Source: an uncultured bacterium
GTDB lineage: Bacteria > Verrucomicrobiota > Lentisphaeria > Victivallales > UBA1829
Direction of reading: 5' to 3'
NCBI GenBank assembly: GCA_902778895.1
Contig: CACYZF010000003.1
Span: 3,798-67,797 of the forward strand
DNA: 64,000 bases
Below the pieces are notes generated by a model, which did not search any database, was not told the DNA's origin, and saw nothing but the letters and a program-made list of their open reading frames with translations. This document shows, one piece after another, positions 1 to 8,699 of the stretch; the first letter of the stretch is position 1, and the number at the start of each line of letters is the position of its first letter. A program made the position numbers and the translations under genes.

Positions 1-987
1 TTTCTTCGCCTGCTCGTACATTTCCTGTGTGAGGCGGAACACCTTTTCGGCAGCATCGAGAATCTTCTGCGGGTCCTCGGCGGCGCCGTCCCCCTGCGAC
101 AGATCGCGGGAGAAATGCTCCATGGAGGTCTGGTCCATGTTCTTATTGAGCGAGTCCATGGACCGGATGGCGTTCTGATAAGCGTTCAGCTCGGCGTACT
201 TCGTGTCGAGCTGTTCCTCCTTGGCCGCCATGAAATCCTTCAGCTGCTGGAGCGTGGCATCGACGGGCGGCATTTCCGGCGGGGTGTTCATGATGCCGAT
301 GTCGTACACGCCGGACATATCGCCGCTGAGGATGGAGTCGATCATGCGTTCGAGTTCGAGCGACTGCCATTCGGCTGTGGCCGGATCGACGCCGTAATCA
401 AGGAAACTGGACGGATTCGCGCGGAACCGCTCGCTGTTGGCCTTCATGGTCTCCAGCTGGGCGCGGAAGACGGGAACCTGCTCGGACGTCGGGGAATTCT
501 CCAGCTGATGGCGGATGTCTTCGGCGATACGGGCGTTCTCCACGAACGGCATGACGTAATCGAATTCGTTGGACAGGTTTTCGGCGATGTCGAACAGACG
601 TTCGTACGCCTCCTCCACCGGATCGCGCAGTTCGGAGTAGATTTCCTTCAGCTCCTCCTTGCGCTCCTCCATTTTCTCAAGAGTCTCCTCGACCTCCTCC
701 AGCTTTTTGCGGATTTCCTTCTCCTTGCGCTTCTGGACGCGGTCGCGGATCTTCTTGAGCTCGGCGGGCGGGGCTTCCTTCTTGATCTTCTCCGGGTCGT
801 TCTTGTGAGCTTCGCGCTTTGCCTCGTTTTCCTGTTTCTGCTTCAGGGCCTCCTCCAGCGAATACCGGCTGTAGCGGATGAAGTCGAGTTGCCAGGCGGC
901 AACGATCGCACCGAGGTAGACGAGGAGCGTGAGCCCCCAGATGACGGCTGTCGTGCGGCCGGACTGCATTTTCCGTTTGCTGTTCAT
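1..987 (-). CDS. hypothetical membrane-anchored coiled-coil protein (C-terminus runs off window edge)
   Basis: Absent from the ORF track because it is open at nt 1. Reading the minus strand from ATG at 987 (MNSKRKMQSGRTTAVIWGLTLLVYLGAIVAAW...) gives 329 uninterrupted codons to nt 1. One N-terminal TM helix, then a K/E-rich region (KKIRDRVQKRKEKEIRKKLEEVEETLEKMEERKEELKE). Starts 16 nt after the exbD stop. Confidence 0.6.
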   Translation of the reverse strand, partial: MNSKRKMQSGRTTAVIWGLTLLVYLGAIVAAWQLDFIRYSRYSLEEALKQKQENEAKREAHKNDPEKIKKEAPPAELKKIRDRVQKRKEKEIRKKLEEVEETLEKMEERKEELKEIYSELRDPVEEAYERLFDIAENLSNEFDYVMPFVENARIAEDIRHQLENSPTSEQVPVFRAQLETMKANSERFRANPSSFLDYGVDPATAEWQSLELERMIDSILSGDMSGVYDIGIMNTPPEMPPVDATLQQLKDFMAAKEEQLDTKYAELNAYQNAIRSMDSLNKNMDQTSMEHFSRDLSQGDGAAEDPQKILDAAEKVFRLTQEMYEQAKK

Positions 988-1002
988 GTCAGTTCCTCAT
1001 GT

Positions 1003-1482
1003 TCAATTCGAACTGCCGGGGACGTAGAACCGGGATTCGCGGTAGTCGCGCATGCGGACGTCGACCTTGTTCAAATGGTTGATCTGGAGCTTGTCGAGCA
1101 TGTCGATCACGGTCTGGAACTCCACGTCGGGGTCGGCGTACAGGCGCACGTTGATCTCCTCGCCCGCGCTCTGCGTCATGCGCCCCAGGCTCTCGACAAA
1201 CTTGTCCACGTCGCCGACGACCCGGAAATCAGGACGTCCGTCCTGAAGGCGGCGGTCCGCCGAATAGTAGCGGCCGTCCTTGCCAATCGCGAGGATCACG
1301 CGGCGCGCGTCCATGCGTTCGGAGATGGTCACGTCGGGGTCCGGGACCTCGATGGGGATCTGTTTTTCGAGCTTCTTCATCATGGTGGTGATGAGGAAGA
1401 AGATCAGGAGAAGGAAGACGCAGTCGATGAGCGGCGACATTTCAAGCGTGACGTCGTCATCGTCTTTTTTTCGGATTCTCAT
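1003..1482 (-). CDS. exbD: ExbD/TolR-family biopolymer transport protein
   Basis: 159 aa. N-terminal MSPLIDCVFLLLIFFLITT TM helix followed by a periplasmic domain, typical of ExbD/TolR. Confidence 0.9.
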   Translation of the reverse strand: MRIRKKDDDDVTLEMSPLIDCVFLLLIFFLITTMMKKLEKQIPIEVPDPDVTISERMDARRVILAIGKDGRYYSADRRLQDGRPDFRVVGDVDKFVESLGRMTQSAGEEINVRLYADPDVEFQTVIDMLDKLQINHLNKVDVRMRDYRESRFYVPGSSN

Positions 1483-1630
1483 ATACGGTCAAATCTGGAG
1501 TATTTTGGATCGGTTCGGGAAACGGGTCTATAAGAATTAGACGGGCGGAACCCCGGTTTTCTTAGCGCCTTTTCTGTTTTTTTCCGATTTTTTCAACAAA
1601 AAAATCAACATCCGGGCAGGATCGGCACGA

Positions 1631-1673
1631 AAAAGGAACGAAAAGAGCGGGAGCTTGCTGCGGCTTCCGCTCT
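1631..1673 (-). terminator. putative rho-independent terminator after the esterase gene
   Basis: Minus-strand hairpin AGAGCGG-N16-CCGCTCT (1644-1650 / 1667-1673) followed by a U-rich tail UUUCGUUCCUUUUU. Confidence 0.5.
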
Positions 1674-1738
1674 GAAAACAGACTGAAGCGACCGGGGAGT
1701 TTCATGGAATCGGTCTCCCCGGATTGCCGGCCGTCGGA

Positions 1739-2821
1739 TCATTCCCCGGCAGGGGCCTCTTCTTCAACAGGCTCGACGGATTCAAGCGCCTGCCATTCGC
1801 GCTGCTTCGCCTGCGCCTCGGCGTTCGGGAACGGAGAGATCAGGCCGTCGCCGGGCTTGGATCCTTTCGGACGGGGTCCGCCGTTGAAACCGAAGCCCTT
1901 TTCATACTGGCCGGCGGTAACGGGGCCGACGGGCTGGATGCCGGGTCTGATTTCGGACTGATGGCCGCGGCGCTGGGAGAAAAGCCATTCCCACGTCTTC
2001 GGATTGGAATACGCCTTGTCCCAGCAGTTATGGCCGACGCCGAAGAACTCGCGCAGATAGACGTTCGTATTGCCGGCCGCCCTCATGGTGATGAACATCC
2101 AGCGGGCGAGCTGGGGCGGGACGGTCGTATCGTCGCTGCCGTGGAAGATCAGGACGGGAAGGTCTTTCATCTTTTCGGCGCGGTTCGGATCGCTGCCGCC
2201 GCAGCAGGGCATGCCGGCGGCGAAGATGTCGGTGGCGTAGCGGGCCAGGAGATCCCAGCAGCCGTAGCCGCCCATGGAGAGACCGGTCACATAGACGCGG
2301 TCCTTGTCAGCATCGAACTCTTTGATCTTCTTCTCGATCAGCACGGGGACCATGCCGAGCGCCTGATAGGGTTCCTCCATGAGGTCGCCCATGGCGCCGC
2401 CGCGGTGAAGCGGAGCCCAGACCTGGTCGCTCGGGCATTCCGGAGCGAGCACGATGACTTTGCGCTTGCCTTCGCGCATCTGCTTAACGATCTCGGGCAG
2501 GGCGAGACGGAGCTGCGCGAGGTTCTCCTCGCCGCGTTCGCCAAAACCGTGCAGGAAAACCAGGATCGCGAACTTGCCGGGCTCGTCTTCATTGTACACG
2601 CCCTGGCAGTAGCGCAGTTCGCCGTTGCAGTTCGTCAGGACTTCCTGCTTCATTTCCAGCGCGTTCAGCGTACGGATCTCGTTGGCAAAACTCTGCTGGA
2701 TCTGTTCGGAGGGTTCCTCCATCGGGGAGATGACGGCGGTCTTATAAGCCGGATCGGAGGAGCAGGCGGCTCCGATGGCTGCGAGAGCGGCGCATCCGAG
2801 CACGAGCAATTGTTTTTTCAT
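1739..2821 (-). CDS. secreted/lipoprotein alpha/beta-hydrolase (phospholipase/carboxylesterase or feruloyl-esterase-like)
   Basis: 360 aa. Signal peptide with Cys (LGCAALAAIGAAC), nucleophile elbow GLSMGG, and a FLHGFGERGE ... IFHGSDDTTVP pattern typical of esterase/dienelactone-hydrolase-fold enzymes. Confidence 0.85.
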   Translation of the reverse strand: MKKQLLVLGCAALAAIGAACSSDPAYKTAVISPMEEPSEQIQQSFANEIRTLNALEMKQEVLTNCNGELRYCQGVYNEDEPGKFAILVFLHGFGERGEENLAQLRLALPEIVKQMREGKRKVIVLAPECPSDQVWAPLHRGGAMGDLMEEPYQALGMVPVLIEKKIKEFDADKDRVYVTGLSMGGYGCWDLLARYATDIFAAGMPCCGGSDPNRAEKMKDLPVLIFHGSDDTTVPPQLARWMFITMRAAGNTNVYLREFFGVGHNCWDKAYSNPKTWEWLFSQRRGHQSEIRPGIQPVGPVTAGQYEKGFGFNGGPRPKGSKPGDGLISPFPNAEAQAKQREWQALESVEPVEEEAPAGE

Positions 2822-2963
2822 GGCGGCAAGTCCTTTCAGTGTGTTTGGTATACCTTTTCAATAAAATATACAGCGTATTTTGTGAAAATCAATTCTTCAC
2901 CGTCTTTTTTCCAACTTTTTCTCATTTTTCGGCTTTGGCCCGGATTTTCCGTACATCCGGCAT

Positions 2964-2991
2964 TTGAAAAGCCGGTTTTTTATGCTATTGT
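2964..2991 (+). promoter_or_regulatory. putative sigma70-type promoter for the K+ channel gene
   Basis: TTGAAA (2964-2969), 16 nt spacer, TATTGT (2986-2991). Confidence 0.4.
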
Positions 2992-3060
2992 AGCAGTTGA
3001 AAAACTTGTTTCCTTTTGTCCCGTATTCCGTTCATCTCTCCCCGACAGGAGCTTTCCGAA

Positions 3061-3993
3061 ATGAACCTGTATCAGCGCACCAAACAAAGTATTTTCGAAA
3101 TAATCCAGCCGTCGGCCGCCGCATCCGGCAAGGAACGCCTCGCCAGCAGCATCTTCGACGGCGTGATCATGTTCCTGATCGTCCTGAGCGTCGTTTCCGT
3201 CTTCATCTGCACATTCAAAATCCCGGACTGGCTGCTGAACATCCTGTTCCGGATTGAGTTCGTCTCCATCATCATCTTCACCTGCGAATACATCCTCCGC
3301 ATCTGGACGGCGAATCTGCTTTATCCCGAACTCGGCTTCTTCCGCTCCCGCATCCGGTATGTCACTTCGCCCATGGCGATCATCGACCTCATTTCGATCC
3401 TGCCGATCTTCCTGCCGTTCCTTCACCTCTACAACCTCGTCGGAATCCGGGCGCTCCGGCTGGTCCGGCTGCTTCGCATTTTCAAGCTCAACCGCTACTC
3501 CGCCGCCCTCACATCCATCGGCGATGTCTTCCGCAAAAAATCCCAGCAGATCGTCGCCTCCCTGTTCTTCGTCTTCATCATCCTCCTCCTTTCCTCGCTG
3601 TTCATCTATTACGCCGAACACGACGCCCAGCCCGACCAGTTCAAAAACGCGTTCTCCGGGCTCTGGTGGGCCGTCGCCACGCTGACCACGGTCGGATACG
3701 GCGACCTCTACCCCGTCACGCCGCTCGGACGCTTCCTCGGCGCCATCATCGCCATCCTCGGCATCGGCATGGTGGCGGTCCCGACCAGCATCCTCAGCGC
3801 GGGCTTCCTGGAAACGATTGAGAAACAGACCTCCTCCGAACAGGAAAACGGGGAAGGATGCGCCGGAAAGAAGGATGAAACGTCCGCCGGAAATGCGTCC
3901 GTACCGGATCCGCATCCGCACACCGATACAAAGGATGATTCGTTCGAACCGCCGCAATATTGCCCCCACTGCGGCAAAAAGCTGTTCCCGTGA
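3061..3993 (+). CDS. voltage-gated-type potassium channel (6TM, Kv-like)
   Basis: K+ selectivity filter TLTTVGYGD. S4-like segment RALRLVRLLRIFKLNR. ATG at 3061 is preferred over 3016 because AGGAG lies 11 nt upstream. The C-terminus carries a single CPHC motif. Confidence 0.9.
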   Translation: MNLYQRTKQSIFEIIQPSAAASGKERLASSIFDGVIMFLIVLSVVSVFICTFKIPDWLLNILFRIEFVSIIIFTCEYILRIWTANLLYPELGFFRSRIRYVTSPMAIIDLISILPIFLPFLHLYNLVGIRALRLVRLLRIFKLNRYSAALTSIGDVFRKKSQQIVASLFFVFIILLLSSLFIYYAEHDAQPDQFKNAFSGLWWAVATLTTVGYGDLYPVTPLGRFLGAIIAILGIGMVAVPTSILSAGFLETIEKQTSSEQENGEGCAGKKDETSAGNASVPDPHPHTDTKDDSFEPPQYCPHCGKKLFP

Positions 3994-4019
3994 ACACGAA
4001 CCCGTCCCAGCCTCAAATC

Positions 4020-4310
4020 ATGCAGAACGGCGAAACAGATTTCCCGGCACGGAAAAAAGACAACGGAGGTTCCCGTCAGGCGAAAGGCTGTCTTCTTCTG
4101 TTCGCGACCGTGATACTCGTGCTTTTTGCCCTCGTCGCAGCGGCCGCGGTCTGCATCATCGTCGTGGACACCGTCAGCCTCAGAGGCGAGGATTACACCT
4201 TGGAACGGCGCATGGAACGCTACAAGGTGGCGTGCCAGTTCCTCTGGTACGATTTCAAGGACACTTTTTCCAAAAAGCAATCGAATTCGCCTCAGGAGGA
4301 CGAACCGTAA
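4020..4310 (+). CDS. small single-pass membrane protein, hypothetical
   Basis: One strong TM helix (CLLLFATVILVLFALVAAAAVCIIVV). Directly follows the channel gene. Start is ambiguous (3960 or 4020). Confidence 0.45.
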   Translation: MQNGETDFPARKKDNGGSRQAKGCLLLFATVILVLFALVAAAAVCIIVVDTVSLRGEDYTLERRMERYKVACQFLWYDFKDTFSKKQSNSPQEDEP

Positions 4311-4408
4311 ACGTGTTTCCTTCCGCCTCATCCCGCGCCCGGCGCCGATAACGGGCCGGGCGATGCGGATTCCTTTTTTCCGATCCCTTTTTTCTCAGAC
4401 CGGAAGAG

Positions 4409-5017
4409 TTACTTCGCGGAGATGCTTCCAGTCACGGCGGCGAGGAACTCCAGACGGAGCGACTCGCTCTTTTCGAACGCGCCGCGGATGGCGGTGGTCA
4501 CCATGGAGGCGTTCTGCTTGCGGATGCCGCGGCTGGTCATGCAGAAGTGCGTGGCCTCGCACATCACGTACACGCCGCGCGCGTCCAGCACGTCCATGAT
4601 GGCGTCGGCGATCTGCGCAGTCATGCGTTCCTGGATCTGCAGGCGGCGCGCGAAGCAGTCCACGAGGCGGGCGAGCTTCGAGATACCGACGATGCGGCCG
4701 TTCGGCAGATAGCCGATGGAGATGTGCCCGAAGAACGGGAACAGGTGGTGTTCGCACGTGGAGTAGAACTCACAGTTCTTGAGGATGACCATCTCCTTGC
4801 AGACGTCTTTGGTGAAGGTCTTCAGGATCTTTTTCGGGTCCTGGCTGTAGCCGGAGAAGATCTCGTCCGCGGCCTGCCGGACACGGGCGGGCGTTTCGAC
4901 GAGCCCCTCGCGGGAACCGTCCTCGCCGATGAGCTGGAATAAGCTCGACACGAGCTGTTCCATCTTCCGGTCGCGTTCGGACGCCGCCGGACGCGGGGTA
5001 ACTGCCTTTCTGGGCAT
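4409..5017 (-). CDS. folE: GTP cyclohydrolase I
   Basis: STCEHHLFPFFGHISIGYLPNGRIVGISKLARLVDCFARRLQIQERMT matches the FolE active-site region. Confidence 0.95.
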   Translation of the reverse strand: MPRKAVTPRPAASERDRKMEQLVSSLFQLIGEDGSREGLVETPARVRQAADEIFSGYSQDPKKILKTFTKDVCKEMVILKNCEFYSTCEHHLFPFFGHISIGYLPNGRIVGISKLARLVDCFARRLQIQERMTAQIADAIMDVLDARGVYVMCEATHFCMTSRGIRKQNASMVTTAIRGAFEKSESLRLEFLAAVTGSISAK

Positions 5018-5018
5018 A

Positions 5019-5597
5019 TCAACGAACTCCTATCATTTTGTGCAGCTGCACGGATAATTTGAAACGCGGATGGGCGAGCACGAAATCAAGCGTTTCGGGC
5101 AGATTGCTGGTGCCGTCCTTCCGGGCAAGAGGCTGGATGTACTTGACGCATCCGGAGTCCTGCATGGAGAGATAATACGGGATGTGTTCCGGTTCGAACA
5201 CGAATTTCAGTTCATCGGGGCGCGGGACGATCGGATCGAGTTCGTTTTTCGGGGAGACCGTGACCCAGTCGACCCAGCCGGGAACGGGCTGCGTGCCGTT
5301 CGTCTCGATGCAGATACGGTCGGCGAAGCCTTGGAAAAGAGGTTCATCCTCGTGTAGCTGGAGCGCAGGTTCGCCCCCGGTCAGAACGATGATCGCGCCG
5401 TCGCGGTCCGCAAGAAGTTTGCGCACAGCATCTTCCAGTTCGGCGCGCGTCATTTCCTCGCCGTGCGAATGGTCCGTGTCGCACCACGGGCAGCTGAGGT
5501 TGCAGCCGGAGAAGCGCACGAAGACCGCGGGGGTCCCGGCGAATTCGCCTTCGCCCTGAATGGAATAGAATATTTCGTTGACGCGGTAGCTGTACAT
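5019..5597 (-). CDS. queE: 7-carboxy-7-deazaguanine synthase (radical SAM)
   Basis: N-terminus VNEIFYSIQGEGEFAGTPAVFVRFSGCNLSCPWCDT with a Cx3Cx2C cluster motif. Lies between queC and folE. Confidence 0.9.
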   Translation of the reverse strand: MYSYRVNEIFYSIQGEGEFAGTPAVFVRFSGCNLSCPWCDTDHSHGEEMTRAELEDAVRKLLADRDGAIIVLTGGEPALQLHEDEPLFQGFADRICIETNGTQPVPGWVDWVTVSPKNELDPIVPRPDELKFVFEPEHIPYYLSMQDSGCVKYIQPLARKDGTSNLPETLDFVLAHPRFKLSVQLHKMIGVR

Positions 5598-5603
5598 GTC
5601 GCA

Positions 5604-6269
5604 TCAGTCCTCGTACACGGTCGGATCGGGGATGCCAGCCTCGAGGAACGCTTCTCTACGCTCCCGGCAGGTGCCGCATTTGCCGCAATGTTTTTCGCGT
5701 CCGTTGTAGCAGCTCCAGGTGAGGGAGAAATCCGCGCCGAGCTTTGCCCCGAGCACCGCGATCTCCCCCTTCGTCATATTGCAGAACGGCGACAGGAGCT
5801 TCACCCTGCCTTCAGTCCCCGTTTCGATCGCGCGCGCCATGCCGTCGATGAACTCCGGACGGCAGTCGGGATAGATCGCGTGGTCGCCGGTGTGGTTGCC
5901 GAGGATCACGGCGGAATACCCGGAATCCTCCGCGAGTCCGGCCGCGGCGGCCAGCATGATGCCGTTGCGGAACGGCACGACGGTCGACGCCATGTTGGTC
6001 TCGTTGTACGCGCCCTCCGGGATGCTGCCGCCCGTTTTGAGCAGGGACGAATGGAAGTATTTTCCGATGAAATCAAGCGGGATCTCGAGGCGCGGAATAT
6101 TGAGTTTGCGGCAAATGATGTTCGCCGCCGCCAGTTCGCGTGCGTTGTGCTTTGCTCCGTAGGAAAACGACACGGCGGAGACGCCGGAGAATTCGCGGCG
6201 CGCCCACAGCAATGCAGTGGTGCTGTCCATCCCGCCTGAAAAAACGACGAGCGCGTAGTGGCTGTTCAT
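5604..6269 (-). CDS. queC: 7-cyano-7-deazaguanine (preQ0) synthase
   Basis: SGGMDS PP-loop motif and C-terminal zinc cysteines CGKCGTCRERREAF. Confidence 0.95.
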   Translation of the reverse strand: MNSHYALVVFSGGMDSTTALLWARREFSGVSAVSFSYGAKHNARELAAANIICRKLNIPRLEIPLDFIGKYFHSSLLKTGGSIPEGAYNETNMASTVVPFRNGIMLAAAAGLAEDSGYSAVILGNHTGDHAIYPDCRPEFIDGMARAIETGTEGRVKLLSPFCNMTKGEIAVLGAKLGADFSLTWSCYNGREKHCGKCGTCRERREAFLEAGIPDPTVYED

Positions 6270-6284
6270 GCGGTCCGGCCTCCG

Positions 6285-8561
6285 TCAGATCTTGTCGCCG
6301 TGTTCGCGGGCGAGCTTGTTGATGGTCTGAAGGTCGAGCTTGCCGGACCCGAGCAGCGGGATACGTTCGAGCTTGATGAAATCCGGGGCTTTCGGGATCC
6401 AGAGCGGCGGCACGTTCTTCTTCTGAAGCTCTTCGATGACCTTTTCCGGATCCAGATTCGGATTCGAGTAGAACACCACGAGGCGTTCGCCGCGTTTCGC
6501 GTCGGGCGCGCCGGTTACGGCCACGTCGTGCGATTCGCTGCCGATGATCTCGCTCACGGTCATCTCGACGAGCTCGTGCGGGACCATTTCGCCCGCGATC
6601 TTGGAGAAACGCGACAGGCGACCGGTGATCGTGATATAGCCGTCCTCGGCCATGGTGGCGATGTCGCCCGTGTTGTAATATCCGTTTTTGATGACCTTCG
6701 CCGTGAGCTCGGGTTCGTTCAGATAGCCCTTCATCACGAGGCCGCCCTTCACGAGCATCAGGCCGGGCGTGTTCGGAGGCAACTCCTCGAACGTGTCGGG
6801 ATCGACGATCTTCACGTGGATGCCGGGCAGCGGCGCGCCGATGCTTCCGGGCCTGCCGCATTCGCGTCCGAGCGTGAAAATGGACGGCGCGAGGTTGATG
6901 GCCACGATGGGCGAGAGTTCGGTGCAGCCGAACCCCTCGGTCACGGTCAGCCCGGTCATCTCCTTGACCTTCTCGGAAATATCGCTGCGGAGCTTCTCCG
7001 CGCCGGTGATGATGAAACGGAGCGACTTGAACTGGCCCGGCTTCAGCTTGCGCATGTAGGTCTGCAGGAACGTCGGCGTGGCGATCAGGAGCGTGAGCTT
7101 GTCCTTCTCCACCGCGTTGCACACGCCCTGTGCGTCCAGCGGGTTCAGCAGGAACGTCACGCGCGTGCCGCACAGGCTGGGCAGGACGAATCCGATCATG
7201 AATCCGAACGCGTGGAAGAGCGGCAGGTTGCCGACGGTCGTGTCGTGCGGCGTCCAGTTCACGTTGCGCCAGAAATTGAAGAAGTCCGAGTTCAGGTTGT
7301 GGTGGGTCAGCATGATGCCCTTCGGCATGCCAGTCGACCCGCTGGAGAAGAGCAGCACGGCGTCGTTCATGCTGTCGCGCCACGTTTTCGGCGCGTACTG
7401 GCACATCAGCATGCGCGAGGGCAGCAGGATAGCGTCGAGGATCGCCGTATACTTGATGCTCTTCGTGATGTACGGACGGATATCCTCCAGCAGGAACATC
7501 TCCGGCGTCGGCTGGAGGTGCAGCTTGTCGAGGAATTTCCGGCTCGTGAGGATGAGCTTGATGCCGGCCTTCTTGATGGATGCCTGACGCACGGCCTCGC
7601 CCACGGAGTAGTTCAGGATCGCGGGGATGCGATCGGCGAACAGCACGCCGTAGAGCACGATGGCAGCGTTCACGCAGTTCGGCAGGAGCACGCCGATGTA
7701 TTTGCTGTCGTTCTTCTCGTCCAGCTGCCGGATCACGCGCGAGAAGATCAGCGCCTTGATGAGCGTATCCAGGTCCTTCGGCCCCTGTTTATCCGCGTCC
7801 TTGTACATGCAGTGGAACGGATGGCGGCGCACCTGACGTGCGAATGCATAGTGGATGGTGCGTTCGCTCGGGAATCCCTCGCTCTCCACGTCCGCGCCCA
7901 TCTCAGAGATGAGCTGACGGAGCTGGAACGGCGTGATGTCCGGGCTGATGCGTTTGCCGATCGCCACGGCCACCGGGATCGGGAACTGGCGCGGCATGAT
8001 GAAGCGGAAACGGCCCTTGTAATACGAGAACATACTGCCCCAGAGCATGCCGATGCGGACCGGAAGGACCGGCACGTCGCGGTCCGCGGGAAGGATCCGC
8101 GAAAGCCCCTTCTTGAACCGAAGGATCAGGCCGTTGCCGGACACGCCGCCCTCGGGGAACATGCAGATGAGTTCACCGTCCTGAAGCAGCTGTTTGGTCC
8201 TCTGCATGAACTCCTGCATCTTCTTCGGCCCGGGACCCGGCACCTCGATCACGCCCATCCGGCGGAAGAGCGGCCCCCAGAACTTCATACGGTAGAACTC
8301 CGTGTGCATCATGAAGTGGATCTTCCGCTTCGTGGTGGCCATCATGATGAACGAGTCGAAGATCGAAACATGGTTGGCCACGAAGACCGCCGGACCCGTT
8401 TTCGGCACATTTTCCTCACCGTCGAAGCGTTCCACGAAGCATGTATGGCGCAGGATCGTGATGATGAGCTTGAAGATTTCGTACGGGAAACAGGCCAGCA
8501 GGACGGCCCACACAATGAGGACCGCCGCAAGACAGCTCAGGACAATAAACAGAGTATTCAA
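6285..8561 (-). CDS. aas: bifunctional PlsC-type acyltransferase / AMP-dependent acyl-ACP(CoA) synthetase (Aas-like)
   Basis: 758 aa. N-terminal TM helix, then the acyltransferase motif NHVSIFD ... FPEGGVSGNG. AMP-binding motifs follow (LLFSSGSTGMPKGIMLTH, YNTGDIA, GKLD). Domain order matches E. coli Aas. Confidence 0.8.
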   Translation of the reverse strand: MNTLFIVLSCLAAVLIVWAVLLACFPYEIFKLIITILRHTCFVERFDGEENVPKTGPAVFVANHVSIFDSFIMMATTKRKIHFMMHTEFYRMKFWGPLFRRMGVIEVPGPGPKKMQEFMQRTKQLLQDGELICMFPEGGVSGNGLILRFKKGLSRILPADRDVPVLPVRIGMLWGSMFSYYKGRFRFIMPRQFPIPVAVAIGKRISPDITPFQLRQLISEMGADVESEGFPSERTIHYAFARQVRRHPFHCMYKDADKQGPKDLDTLIKALIFSRVIRQLDEKNDSKYIGVLLPNCVNAAIVLYGVLFADRIPAILNYSVGEAVRQASIKKAGIKLILTSRKFLDKLHLQPTPEMFLLEDIRPYITKSIKYTAILDAILLPSRMLMCQYAPKTWRDSMNDAVLLFSSGSTGMPKGIMLTHHNLNSDFFNFWRNVNWTPHDTTVGNLPLFHAFGFMIGFVLPSLCGTRVTFLLNPLDAQGVCNAVEKDKLTLLIATPTFLQTYMRKLKPGQFKSLRFIITGAEKLRSDISEKVKEMTGLTVTEGFGCTELSPIVAINLAPSIFTLGRECGRPGSIGAPLPGIHVKIVDPDTFEELPPNTPGLMLVKGGLVMKGYLNEPELTAKVIKNGYYNTGDIATMAEDGYITITGRLSRFSKIAGEMVPHELVEMTVSEIIGSESHDVAVTGAPDAKRGERLVVFYSNPNLDPEKVIEELQKKNVPPLWIPKAPDFIKLERIPLLGSGKLDLQTINKLAREHGDKI

Positions 8562-8699
8562 AGGAGGGGACTCCTGAAAAACGTTGGCATTGGTTGAAGT
8601 TTCCGAACCCGGGATCCGGCCGCATAAACAGCATGCGCCGGTTTGGTATATCTATATAATATATCACGTTTTCGACGGGGAATCAACCCTGATTCGCAA

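Noticed and set aside
115-1533. 472 aa plus-strand ORF spanning the first 1.5 kb
   Set aside because: It is antisense to exbD and to the coiled-coil gene. Its composition (L/G/R/D/V-rich, no motifs) is typical of shadow ORFs in GC-rich DNA, whereas the minus-strand products have clear family features.
6258-8597. 779 aa plus-strand ORF
   Set aside because: Exactly antisense to the Aas-like gene, which has unmistakable acyltransferase and AMP-binding motifs. The plus-strand product is R/D/H/E-rich low-information sequence.
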